Positions 56,202 through 64,000 of a DNA stretch of 64,000 nt are shown in pieces. The translations under genes were made by a program, and so were the position numbers. Within the stretch, counting starts at the first letter, position 1, and every line of letters begins with the position of its first letter. Under the pieces are notes generated by a model. It had not been told where the DNA came from. It made no database searches and worked only from the letters and a program-made list of their open reading frames with translations. The DNA comes from a virus, in IMG/VR virus record IMGVR_UViG_3300037851_000538, positions 20,368-84,367 of that record; one strand, given 5' to 3'.

Positions 56202-56645
56202 ATGATTGTTTCCAGCCCCTTACTTCTTTCTGGACCTGTAGTTCGTCCTACAGGTCCAGAAAGCACGTCTTCGACCCTTGGTAAGAGAGCCGATTCCGTG
56301 AAAACAACTCCTGATTCGGCGGCGTATATACAGATCGAAGTGCGTGGAGTAAAGGGCGCGCCCAGCGGTTCTTACAAGCTAGCCTACTCTAGCGGAGCAC
56401 CGCTTAAATATTATCTGGACATCCTAAATTTGAAGAACGTAGCGGCCAAATCTGCTGTCTACGATTACTCGAATCTGGAGAAGGGGAGATGCAGGATGCA
56501 CTATGTACCTTCTCCAGATTCGAGAATAGTCCTAGGCCCCGCTTCCTACGGCCCGGCCTTTGAATGGCAAAGGTGCAATCATGACGTCAGAGCCCTTATG
56601 AACAACATGGGGGACGGAGCTTCCATTGTAGAACGACCTGTATAG
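56202..56645 (+). CDS. Hypothetical protein
   Basis: ATG 56202 after GGAG. Confidence 0.55.
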   Translation: MIVSSPLLLSGPVVRPTGPESTSSTLGKRADSVKTTPDSAAYIQIEVRGVKGAPSGSYKLAYSSGAPLKYYLDILNLKNVAAKSAVYDYSNLEKGRCRMHYVPSPDSRIVLGPASYGPAFEWQRCNHDVRALMNNMGDGASIVERPV

Positions 56646-56656
56646 AGGAGGTCTGT

Positions 56657-56872
56657 ATGCTCACAGTAGACCCTAAGGCGTGGCTTGGTTCCAGGGGTAT
56701 TCCCTTTATGGAAGCGCAAAAGCTGGCCAAGCAGATAAAGCAGCACTATCCCCGGCTGATAGAGGCCTTAAAGGCACATAAGGACGTTCGTGGAGAGCTT
56801 GAGCTGGTAGAGCTGGTTCATCACGTTCAATGCGGCAGATTCCCCCCTACCAATAAAGAAGAGACCGCTTAA
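56657..56872 (+). CDS. Hypothetical protein
   Basis: GGAGG SD. Confidence 0.6.
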   Translation: MLTVDPKAWLGSRGIPFMEAQKLAKQIKQHYPRLIEALKAHKDVRGELELVELVHHVQCGRFPPTNKEETA

Positions 56873-56895
56873 CCTTTTACCTTCAGGAGACTTCT

Positions 56896-57981
56896 ATGCT
56901 TGTTCATCACGATTCTCGTGACTATGCCGTGGCTTCTAAAGAGGCGGCTAACCATGCTCGTAGCATCCTAGAAACACTTATCAAGAACGGCCAAGCTGGC
57001 GCAGAAAAGACCCTGAACACCATCGAGGAGCAACAGCCCGTAGACAGGTATGAGGCGTCTTCTAACCTACTATTCAAGGCCGACCAGGGAGCTCTTAGGC
57101 TGAATGACCAGTCCGTTCATCGCCACGCGTTTATTCAGGTAGGGGAGAAAATAGGAATCCCTTCCCCCACTAAGTCGGCCGAGTTCTACTCCGACCCAGA
57201 ATACCTTCCTCATTTCTGCTCCATACTTAACAGCGCCTTTGGTCGGCAAGATAAGGTGTATCTGACCAGAAGCGTGAACAATGAGGTTCGTGGATTCCTC
57301 TCTGACAAATTCAGACGTATCGACAGTAGGCCTATTGTTGGGGCCCTTGTGGAGCAGGCCGTTCAATACGGAGCGGTCCCTATCGGCGCAATGTCTTTGG
57401 ACACTAAAGTGTTCTTGAAGATGCTTCTTCCTCAAATCTTCGAGCCAGTCCCTAATGAGGTAATGGCTTTCGGCATTGTCTTTCAGAATTCTGACTTTGG
57501 GGATGGAGCTCTGACGATGAAGGGTTTTGTGTACCGCTTGTGGTGCACCAACCTTGCCATGTGCGAAGACGCTTTTCGACAAGTTCATCTTGGAAGAAAG
57601 GTCTCTCTTCTGGACATTCAGTTGTCCGACCGGACTTACGAGCTCGATACGGAAGCAACTGCCTCACTGGTAAAGGATGTCACCAAAGCAATCCTCAGCC
57701 CCCAAGCCGTCAAGGGAAAGCTGGATAGGGTCAAGGATGCAGCAGAGCGGGAGATTGATGCCAAAGCCGTTATCAAGTCCCTCAAGGACCAGTCCAGGAT
57801 CAACAAGGAAGAGTCTGAGGAGATAGCCAAGCTCTACAACTCCGCAGAGGTAAGAACCATGCCCGCGGGTCAAACCGCGTGGAGGCTATCCAACGCTATC
57901 TCATTGCTTGCCCAGTCGTGCACCGCTGCTCGCTCTTTGGAGTTGGAGGACCTTGCAGGAAAGGTGGCTGGCATCCAATGA
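56896..57981 (+). CDS. DUF932-family-like protein
   Basis: 'VRGFLSDKFRRID', 'GIVFQNSDFGDGAL......YRLWCTNL', 'TAWRLSNAIS'. Confidence 0.7.
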   Translation: MLVHHDSRDYAVASKEAANHARSILETLIKNGQAGAEKTLNTIEEQQPVDRYEASSNLLFKADQGALRLNDQSVHRHAFIQVGEKIGIPSPTKSAEFYSDPEYLPHFCSILNSAFGRQDKVYLTRSVNNEVRGFLSDKFRRIDSRPIVGALVEQAVQYGAVPIGAMSLDTKVFLKMLLPQIFEPVPNEVMAFGIVFQNSDFGDGALTMKGFVYRLWCTNLAMCEDAFRQVHLGRKVSLLDIQLSDRTYELDTEATASLVKDVTKAILSPQAVKGKLDRVKDAAEREIDAKAVIKSLKDQSRINKEESEEIAKLYNSAEVRTMPAGQTAWRLSNAISLLAQSCTAARSLELEDLAGKVAGIQ

Positions 57982-58274
57982 AGGACTACAGCGTCAGGGT
58001 TGGTGTCGAATCTCGCGAAGAGCCGGCGTCCACATGGTCAGAACTGTTCTCTATGAGATATGAGATCTGCGACGACGACGGTTTAGTTATCGACCTAGGC
58101 GAGGAACCTTGGCCAGACCATGTGCAATGCCCGGACTGTAAAAGGTCTGAAATTATGTGGGCAGAGGCTGGGTCAGTGCCCGGCCATCGGATATGCCCTA
58201 CTTGCGGTTCTCACTGGAACATGTACCCGAAAAAGGGTGAGTGGTTTTTAAGAAGAGCTAGGTTTTACAGCTAG
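57978..58274 (+). CDS. Small zinc-ribbon protein
   Basis: CPDC...CPTC; ATGA overlap. Confidence 0.55.
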   Translation: MKDYSVRVGVESREEPASTWSELFSMRYEICDDDGLVIDLGEEPWPDHVQCPDCKRSEIMWAEAGSVPGHRICPTCGSHWNMYPKKGEWFLRRARFYS

Positions 58275-58283
58275 GAGAATCTT

Positions 58284-60275
58284 ATGCCCGTACCTATGAT
58301 TAAGGTTTTCGGTGAAGGTGGGTGGCTGTCTAAAGAGCTGGATGGTTATAGGCCAAGAAAAGGCCAGGATACGTTAGCGGTACTGACGCTGTCGTGCCTC
58401 ACAAGGAGAGCACATTTGATAGCCGAAGCCCCTACGGGTACGGGCAAAAGCCTTGGTTACGGTATCCCCGCCGCTATGTTGGCAATGGAGGGCGGGGGTA
58501 CCGTAGTCATAGCTACCGCAAACATAACTCTACAGGAGCAGCTGATAAACAAAGACCTTCCTCTGATTGGCCGGGTCATTGAAAAAAACCTGGGCAAGGA
58601 GTTGAAGTATTCCTTGGTCAAAGGGATGAGCAACTATCTTTGTAAGGACAAAGTCCGGGCATTGATAGAGGATGGTAAGGCCGGGTCGAACGACGAGCTC
58701 GACATTCTTCTTCGATGGGAGACAGATACCGGAGATAGGTCGGATTTGGAAGTTTCTGTGTCAGAGGATTGCTGGAGCGAGGTGTGCTGTTCTTCTGATG
58801 ACTGCACTAGAGGCAAGTGCGACTTTCACGATAACTGCTTTGCTTTGGCCTCTCGCTATCTAAGGCCCCATGTTGTGGTCACCAACTACCATATGCTTTA
58901 TACCGATGTCTTAGTCCGGCAGGCCACTAAGGAGAATGCCTCTATTCTTCCTGAGTACCGCCATCTTGTGATGGACGAGGCCCATATGGCCTCTGACATA
59001 GCGATGTCTTTTAACGGGTTCGAGATAGGTCTTCATTCTATCAAGAGAGACTGTAGGCCTCTTTTTGACAGCCCGCACCACCGCTCTCTGGCTCAGGCTA
59101 TTGTTAACAGTGCCTCTAGGTTTTTCGATAGGCTTAGAGAGATTCCTGCGGGGCAAATATTCCTATCTCCTCTTGGTTTTGGAGAGGAGCTTCCTTGCGC
59201 ACTAAGGGAGGGGAGCCGCGTTCTTCAAAACTTCGTCAAGAACGACTTGGATTTGTCAGAGGCATCTAACGCAGAGGAGCGGTCTGCGTTAGGCAGAAAG
59301 GCGGCCAGGCTTTACGCTATATCTAAAACCCTGCACAAGAAGGCCTCTTACATTGAGGATCTGTCTGTGGGGGTTGATGGTGGCAATGGCAAGAAAGTGT
59401 TGAAGGAGCATCACGTCTATTACACGTCCAACGTTAAGGGGTTCGTGAAGTTGTGCTGCAAGGTTGTAGACGCCAAAAACTTCCTGAGAAAGAACCTCTT
59501 CGATACCAAAACGGTGATTGCGGTATCAGCCACTATGACGGCCCCAGACAGCCGCGGGCGCCTTTCTCTAGAGTTCTCGGCGGATAGCCTAGGTCTTCGG
59601 GATGGTGAATACGTTCCGCTGACTGTTGATAGCCCCTTCGATGACGCTCAAATGTTTGTGGTCATTCCTAGAGGAGTTCCTCCGCCCAATTCTAACGACC
59701 ATTCGCTGGCCGTGGCTAAAATAATAGAGACAGTCGTTAAGGACATTGGTGGGAGGACGATGGCGTTGTTCACTAGTTATAGAGCTTTGAAGATCGCGGA
59801 GGACTATTTGTTCCCCAGGTTGGGGGACATCAAGATTCTGAGTCAGGAGAGCTGGGAGAAGAGCAAACTCATTAACCAGTTCAAGAGAAATTCTAAATCG
59901 GTTATATTGGCCACTTCGTCGTTTTGGCAGGGTGTGGACATCCCTGGGGAGGATTTGAGTTGTGTAGTTATTGAGAAGTTCCCTTTTCTGCCCCCCACTG
60001 ACCCGGTGCTTCAGTACATAAACCGCTGGTACGGAGACCAGGGCAAATCATCGTTTCAGTCCTACTGTATACCTAAGGCTGTTATCGCTCTAAAGCAGGG
60101 TGTGGGTAGGTTGATTAGGACTGAAACGGACTATGGGGCTGTGGTACTCTGCGATAATCGTATTGAAACTACTCGATACGGAGGCCAGTTTTACCAGGCG
60201 TTTCCTGAGGGTTGCTTGGGTTCTGAGGATGGAGACATTAGAGACGTCAAACGTTTCCTTGAGAGTAGGAGTTAA
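58284..60275 (+). CDS. dinG: DinG/YoaA-family Fe-S helicase
   Basis: Q motif RKGQ, EAPTGTGKS, KGMSNYLC, Cys cluster, VMDEAH, SATM, LFTSY, FWQGVD, KQGVGRLIR..TDYG. Confidence 0.9.
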   Translation: MPVPMIKVFGEGGWLSKELDGYRPRKGQDTLAVLTLSCLTRRAHLIAEAPTGTGKSLGYGIPAAMLAMEGGGTVVIATANITLQEQLINKDLPLIGRVIEKNLGKELKYSLVKGMSNYLCKDKVRALIEDGKAGSNDELDILLRWETDTGDRSDLEVSVSEDCWSEVCCSSDDCTRGKCDFHDNCFALASRYLRPHVVVTNYHMLYTDVLVRQATKENASILPEYRHLVMDEAHMASDIAMSFNGFEIGLHSIKRDCRPLFDSPHHRSLAQAIVNSASRFFDRLREIPAGQIFLSPLGFGEELPCALREGSRVLQNFVKNDLDLSEASNAEERSALGRKAARLYAISKTLHKKASYIEDLSVGVDGGNGKKVLKEHHVYYTSNVKGFVKLCCKVVDAKNFLRKNLFDTKTVIAVSATMTAPDSRGRLSLEFSADSLGLRDGEYVPLTVDSPFDDAQMFVVIPRGVPPPNSNDHSLAVAKIIETVVKDIGGRTMALFTSYRALKIAEDYLFPRLGDIKILSQESWEKSKLINQFKRNSKSVILATSSFWQGVDIPGEDLSCVVIEKFPFLPPTDPVLQYINRWYGDQGKSSFQSYCIPKAVIALKQGVGRLIRTETDYGAVVLCDNRIETTRYGGQFYQAFPEGCLGSEDGDIRDVKRFLESRS

Positions 60276-60277
60276 CT

Positions 60278-60508
60278 ATGCTGCTTTGTAGCGCGTCTCG
60301 AGAAGATCGCCTGTCTCACGACATTCATGATGACGGTATGGCCATTATGAGAAGCCTTCTTCATGTATCCGTGACGCACTTGTATCACCTAGTTAGACTG
60401 TGCCAGACTCCTAGCGAGCAGTGGACAAAAGAAGACTCTGAGTTATTCTCCAAAGCTCAGTCCTTCGTACAAGACTATTTGTCCAAGAACGGGAAAAAAG
60501 AGCCATGA
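60278..60508 (+). CDS. Hypothetical protein
   Basis: AGGAG SD. Confidence 0.55.
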   Translation: MLLCSASREDRLSHDIHDDGMAIMRSLLHVSVTHLYHLVRLCQTPSEQWTKEDSELFSKAQSFVQDYLSKNGKKEP

Positions 60509-60858
60509 GTACTGAAGAAGCCTCCGTCGTTGAGAAAAAGAAGAAGAATGGTGGTGGTAACGGCAAGAATGGAAAGATTATAGGGGTCTCTGTAGAGCCC
60601 GCTCAAGTGGTGGTTTCCCCTACGCCCAAAAAGCCCCCGATGGATGCGGACCACTACATAGGTTACTTGGAGCGCAAGGTGGCAGAACTGGAATGGAAAG
60701 TGCGTCATATGGAGATGGAATCTGTCACTGAAAGGGAAAAATCGCTCATCCGCAAGCTTCAGTATTACGTTCGCCGGATTCAGAATGCCCCGTTCGATGA
60801 GACTGCTCGAGCACTTCTGGACTCTATTAGAGACGAGTCGCTGAAGGGGGTCCGCTAG
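60505..60858 (+). CDS. Hypothetical coiled-coil protein
   Basis: ATGA overlap. Confidence 0.55.
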   Translation: MSTEEASVVEKKKKNGGGNGKNGKIIGVSVEPAQVVVSPTPKKPPMDADHYIGYLERKVAELEWKVRHMEMESVTEREKSLIRKLQYYVRRIQNAPFDETARALLDSIRDESLKGVR

Positions 60859-61499
60859 TGTTAGTAGGCATTTCTGGAAAGGCAGGCAGTGGCAAAGATA
60901 CATTGGCCACAGCCATTGTCAAAAACTTACCACTGTCTCGAGTAACCCATTTTGCGGAGCCCCTGAAGGATGCAGTAAGGGACATTTTCGGCTTCAGCTA
61001 TGACCAAGTGAACGACTCCCAGTTGAAAGAAATCATAGACCCTTATTGGGGGATCAGCCCCCGTCAAGCCTTACAGAAACTTGGCACGGAGGGGTGTCGA
61101 GACGTTTTTGGCAAAGACATCTGGGTGAAATCCTTTCTGCAGAGGGCCTTATCAACCTACAGCCCTATTAGCGGGCTTGTAGTTGCTGACGTTCGGTTCA
61201 TTGAGGAGTTTACGGCGTTGAAGCGCTGCGGGGCGGTTATGGTCCGCATTCACAGAAACGTAAGCACTACGAGCCACACAACACATTCTTCTGAAACTGG
61301 CCTAGACGGCCAAGACCTAGACTGGGACTTCGTGATCGACAATCACGGGACCCTGGAGGAGCTAAAAAGTCACGCTATGCGTATCTCCAAAATGGCATCT
61401 AGCCGCAACTTTAGAGAAGGGATCAAGCGTTATGCCTACGAAATCTGCTCATGCCCCTCTACGGGTGGTGGAATACCCCGATTCGACGGACCGAGTTGA
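60858..61499 (+). CDS. Deoxynucleoside monophosphate kinase
   Basis: GISGKAGSGKDT, FAEPLK, PRQALQKLGTE, VVADVRF..E, HSSE. Confidence 0.9.
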   Translation: MLVGISGKAGSGKDTLATAIVKNLPLSRVTHFAEPLKDAVRDIFGFSYDQVNDSQLKEIIDPYWGISPRQALQKLGTEGCRDVFGKDIWVKSFLQRALSTYSPISGLVVADVRFIEEFTALKRCGAVMVRIHRNVSTTSHTTHSSETGLDGQDLDWDFVIDNHGTLEELKSHAMRISKMASSRNFREGIKRYAYEICSCPSTGGGIPRFDGPS

Positions 61500-62133
61500 G
61501 AAACGCCCCGTACCCTGGGTAGGCTACTTGGTGTTGGCTATTGGAGGTTCCTTATTCTTTTGGAACCAAAGCAACTCCTTTCAGAAGGGGATGTCAGAGC
61601 TGGAGAAAGCGGTAGAAAAGCGCTTCGACCGGCTTGACGGTAGCCTGTCCTCTCTTGCCACATCACCTATGTGCCCTGACCTGGAAAAGGAGCTGACGTA
61701 TTACAAAGTCTTTTCCATGAAGAAGGGCATAAGTAAACGAGTGGCACGGGACATTTCTTCTAGCGTGGTTAAGTACTCTAGGCTGTACGGTAAAGAGACC
61801 GACCTTATCCTCTCTGTGATTGCCGCAGAGAGTGACTTCAACCCCAAAGCCGTATCTCCTACGGGAGCAGTCGGTCTTATGCAGGTTATGCCGTTCTGGA
61901 AAAAGGAACTCGGGATACCCTGCGACCTAAAGTCCGTGGACTGCAATATTCGCTACGGCGTGCATATTCTCAAGACATACGGTTCTCGCTATGAAGATCT
62001 AGAGTACACTCTTGCAGCGTACAACAGAGGTCCCTTGGCTGTGCTAAGGGACGTAGAATCAGGAAACCCCGTAGGTGATTACTACACTAAGCGCGTTCTA
62101 GACTTCAAAAACAAACTAGAGCGTATGGAGTAA
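61432..62133 (+). CDS. Lytic transglycosylase (SLT) with N-terminal TM segment
   Basis: VIAAESDFNPKAVSPTGAVGLMQVMP, NIRYG, LAAYNRG; hydrophobic WVGYLVLAIGGSLFF. Confidence 0.9.
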   Translation: MPTKSAHAPLRVVEYPDSTDRVEKRPVPWVGYLVLAIGGSLFFWNQSNSFQKGMSELEKAVEKRFDRLDGSLSSLATSPMCPDLEKELTYYKVFSMKKGISKRVARDISSSVVKYSRLYGKETDLILSVIAAESDFNPKAVSPTGAVGLMQVMPFWKKELGIPCDLKSVDCNIRYGVHILKTYGSRYEDLEYTLAAYNRGPLAVLRDVESGNPVGDYYTKRVLDFKNKLERME

Positions 62134-62135
62134 CA

Positions 62136-62426
62136 ATGAGCATCTTTAAGAAAGAAACTGCAAACACACCACCCCCGGCAGAGATTCTGAAATGGAAAAG
62201 GGTTAGGAGTTACACCTCTGGAGACGTCAGAACAGAGCTCTCTTCCTCGGAGGGGAAGAGGGGGCTTTTGTACTCTTTCTGCGTGTCGAAAATGAAGAAG
62301 GACGGAACTCCTACCAAGTTCTTTCATCCTATTGACCTGGTAGACATCATTGTCACCCTCGAGGACCTAGAGGCCGACTTGGAGAAAATGGGAGTACCAA
62401 CGTCCAATGCTGGAGTGCGACCATAG
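62136..62426 (+). CDS. Hypothetical protein
   Basis: GGAG SD, ORF. Confidence 0.55.
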   Translation: MSIFKKETANTPPPAEILKWKRVRSYTSGDVRTELSSSEGKRGLLYSFCVSKMKKDGTPTKFFHPIDLVDIIVTLEDLEADLEKMGVPTSNAGVRP

Positions 62427-62667
62427 TTTAGGACGTCCGGCTCTGTTCGAGTTTCTCCCTTCCGAAGGAGAAGCAGCGAACGCCTTGGATGAAATCTCTA
62501 ACCTTTTGAGATGCGGGTGCGTAGAGGAAATCAAAGACATAAACTGGTCCCCCTCAACAGGACTCAGCGCTTATGTCTCGCTGAAGGAACCCGTACAAGT
62601 CTACCCTCTAAGCAATGAATGCAACCATACAGGAACCTCCGAAGAACCAGACAGTGGAGACTCCTAG
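62407..62667 (+). CDS. Hypothetical protein
   Basis: ORF in operon. Confidence 0.45.
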   Translation: MLECDHSLGRPALFEFLPSEGEAANALDEISNLLRCGCVEEIKDINWSPSTGLSAYVSLKEPVQVYPLSNECNHTGTSEEPDSGDS

Positions 62668-62779
62668 TGACAAGCTATTCACACACAAGTGCCCCCACTG
62701 CAATAAACTGTTTCAAGGGCGGAACTCGGCACTGGCCCATATGAGAAAAAGCCATCCAGGCTTCTTTGTGGGCGGTTGA
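62615..62779 (+). CDS. Small classical C2H2 zinc-finger protein (not in ORF track)
   Basis: MNATIQEPPKNQTVETPSDKLFTHKCPHCNKLFQGRNSALAHMRKSHPGFFVGG: C-x2-C-x3-F-x8-H-x4-H; start could be GTG 62654. Confidence 0.7.
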   Translation: MNATIQEPPKNQTVETPSDKLFTHKCPHCNKLFQGRNSALAHMRKSHPGFFVGG

Positions 62780-62813
62780 CAAGAAATACCTTTCTTGAGA
62801 ATATATAACCTTC

Positions 62814-62870
62814 TGGGAGAGGCGCTAACGCACATTCCCTCCCCCCCAAGTGAGTCTGGCGCCTCTCCCA
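62814..62870 (+). ncRNA. Candidate structured RNA hairpin with C-rich loop
   Basis: Perfect 12-bp stem TGGGAGAGGCGC/GCGCCTCTCCCA enclosing CCCTCCCCCCC, in an intergenic region. Confidence 0.35.
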
Positions 62871-62965
62871 ACAATTTGTAACCCAAGCTCATTTTTGTAG
62901 TGCAAACCAAAAAGTCGTGGTAGTAGATGCGTATGTATGCTGTATAGCTTGGAAAGGTGGATCAC

Positions 62966-63136
62966 ATGGCTTCGTCTAACATAGTGTGGCGGTCGGACAG
63001 CCCCTTAAAGCATGTGAGGGAGCTGGAGAATCAGCTCCGCACATCTAAGGGGGACGAGGGTCTTCGAGAGCACTTGAGAATCCTGCGCGAGGCGTGGGGT
63101 ATCAAGAAGGCTAAGAAAAACTTCAAGGCTGCCTAG
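62966..63136 (+). CDS. 56-aa hypothetical protein (not in ORF track)
   Basis: AAGGTGG SD; MASSNIVWRSDSPLKHVRELENQLRTSKGDEGLREHLRILREAWGIKKAKKNFKAA. Confidence 0.55.
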   Translation: MASSNIVWRSDSPLKHVRELENQLRTSKGDEGLREHLRILREAWGIKKAKKNFKAA

Positions 63137-63142
63137 AAGAGA

Positions 63143-63170
63143 CGAGGTGCAGGGATTTCCCTGCACCTCG
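63143..63170. terminator. Hairpin between convergent genes
   Basis: CGAGGTGCAGGGA-tt-TCCCTGCACCTCG perfect inverted repeat. Confidence 0.7.
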
Positions 63171-63177
63171 ATGTCCC

Positions 63178-63408
63178 CTACTCTTTTTTAGCCCCGCTGC
63201 TCAGATATCGCTCAATCTCTTTTTCTATCTGAGGGGCAATGTAGTGCCTTCTTACCGTTACCCATGCTCTAGAACAAACGAAGAAGGCCACCAGTATCGC
63301 TAGTGGTAGGTATAGATATGCGTACGCGAGAACAAGGATTGGTATCGAGACCATAAAGTATATGGCCAGGCCTTGAGCATGTACGTGAAACCAAGTTCCG
63401 CGAGTCAT
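63178..63408 (-). CDS. Small membrane protein
   Basis: Two adjacent hydrophobic helices. Confidence 0.55.
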   Translation of the reverse strand: MTRGTWFHVHAQGLAIYFMVSIPILVLAYAYLYLPLAILVAFFVCSRAWVTVRRHYIAPQIEKEIERYLSSGAKKE

Positions 63409-63412
63409 GTTT

Positions 63413-63706
63413 TTAGGACACAGAAGACGGCACCTCTTCTGCGCGCATTACCTCCTCTAGAAAAAGCCTCTCTGCCTGAAGCTTATCTTCCCCAATCACC
63501 ACTTCTGCAATATGGAAAATAGCCTCAGACCTGCTGTCCAAGTGCTGTCGAGCAGCGTGCCACGTCAACGGGTGGCGCCTTCTAGCGGCTCGTATGATGG
63601 AATCTCTAGCCGCTTGCTTAACCACTCTTCGAGCTCGCTTTAACAGCTCTTTCTCTTCTGACAGAGACCACTTGGTCGCTTGATTGATTTCTCTCTTGTT
63701 TAACAT
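63413..63706 (-). CDS. Hypothetical basic protein
   Basis: AAGGAG SD. Confidence 0.55.
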   Translation of the reverse strand: MLNKREINQATKWSLSEEKELLKRARRVVKQAARDSIIRAARRRHPLTWHAARQHLDSRSEAIFHIAEVVIGEDKLQAERLFLEEVMRAEEVPSSVS

Positions 63707-63731
63707 AGCCTTCTCCTTTATTAACGCGACT

Positions 63732-64000
63732 ATGAGTCGAGATTGGTTTCAGGATGTACTTAGCTTCTGCTCTAAGTTCGAGCATCTGATTTCCCCCACT
63801 CCCCAAGTCCCCGAGGGGAACATTGTAGAACTTCGCCATAAGCTGCACAGAGAAGAGTTCAACGAGCTTCTTATGGCCATGTCTCTAAAACGAATCGACC
63901 TGGTGGCAGACGCTATTGGAGACCTTATTTACGTATTGTTAGGAACTGCTGCCGCTTACGGTATTGATATGAACAGTGTGTGGGATGAAATCCATACAGC
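63732..64000 (+). CDS. MazG-like/all-alpha NTP pyrophosphohydrolase (3'-truncated)
   Basis: MSRDWFQDV..F..KF...LRHKLHREEFNEL...VADAIGDLIYVLLG...GIDM..VWDEIH; runs off the window. Confidence 0.8.
   Translation, partial: MSRDWFQDVLSFCSKFEHLISPTPQVPEGNIVELRHKLHREEFNELLMAMSLKRIDLVADAIGDLIYVLLGTAAAYGIDMNSVWDEIHT

Noticed and set aside
58284-60275. DinG as part of a type IV CRISPR or other defence system
   Set aside because: No cas-like genes or array nearby; neighbours are ordinary phage nucleotide-metabolism genes
62713-62910. 65-aa minus-strand ORF from the track
   Set aside because: No SD, and it overlaps the better-supported C2H2 ORF and the structured intergenic element
63618-63848. 76-aa minus-strand ORF from the track
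   Set aside because: It overlaps the clearly recognisable plus-strand MazG-like gene starting at 63732
1-64000. Alternative genetic code (stop-codon reassignment) as seen in some large phages
   Set aside because: Long conserved genes are intact in the standard code, and TAA, TAG and TGA all end genes at sensible positions
1-64000. CRISPR array, tRNA or rRNA genes
   Set aside because: No regularly spaced direct repeats or cloverleaf/rRNA signatures were seen by eye; intergenic spaces are short. A tRNAscan/Infernal run would be needed to be sure

Overview
This window is part of a large (jumbo-like) myophage genome read with the standard genetic code. About 1-53.7 kb is a mostly + strand virion morphogenesis block: a portal-like protein, a baseplate spike, a lambda gpA-type terminase, an intein-split putative prohead protease heading a 2031-aa polyprotein, scaffold/decoration/major capsid genes, neck proteins, tail sheath and tail tube. 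The block also carries a single-chain beta-beta' RNA polymerase and a LigD-phosphoesterase/ligase/SNF2 fusion. About 54-64 kb is a non-structural region (ParB, DUF932-like protein, DinG helicase, dNMP kinase, SLT transglycosylase, C2H2 finger peptide, MazG-like NTP-PPase). The strongest unexplained pattern is that about 15 head-region proteins are built from modules joined at a recurring (E/T/N)-K-x-A/S motif. Several share a leader F-x-D-E-L-x-K-I, and many modules are glycine-zipper membrane segments or enzymes. I infer a protease-processed virion cargo system. A recurring GGTA(T/C)AAGA motif marks non-structural transcription units and may be a phage promoter. All calls come from motif recognition by eye; no database searches were run.
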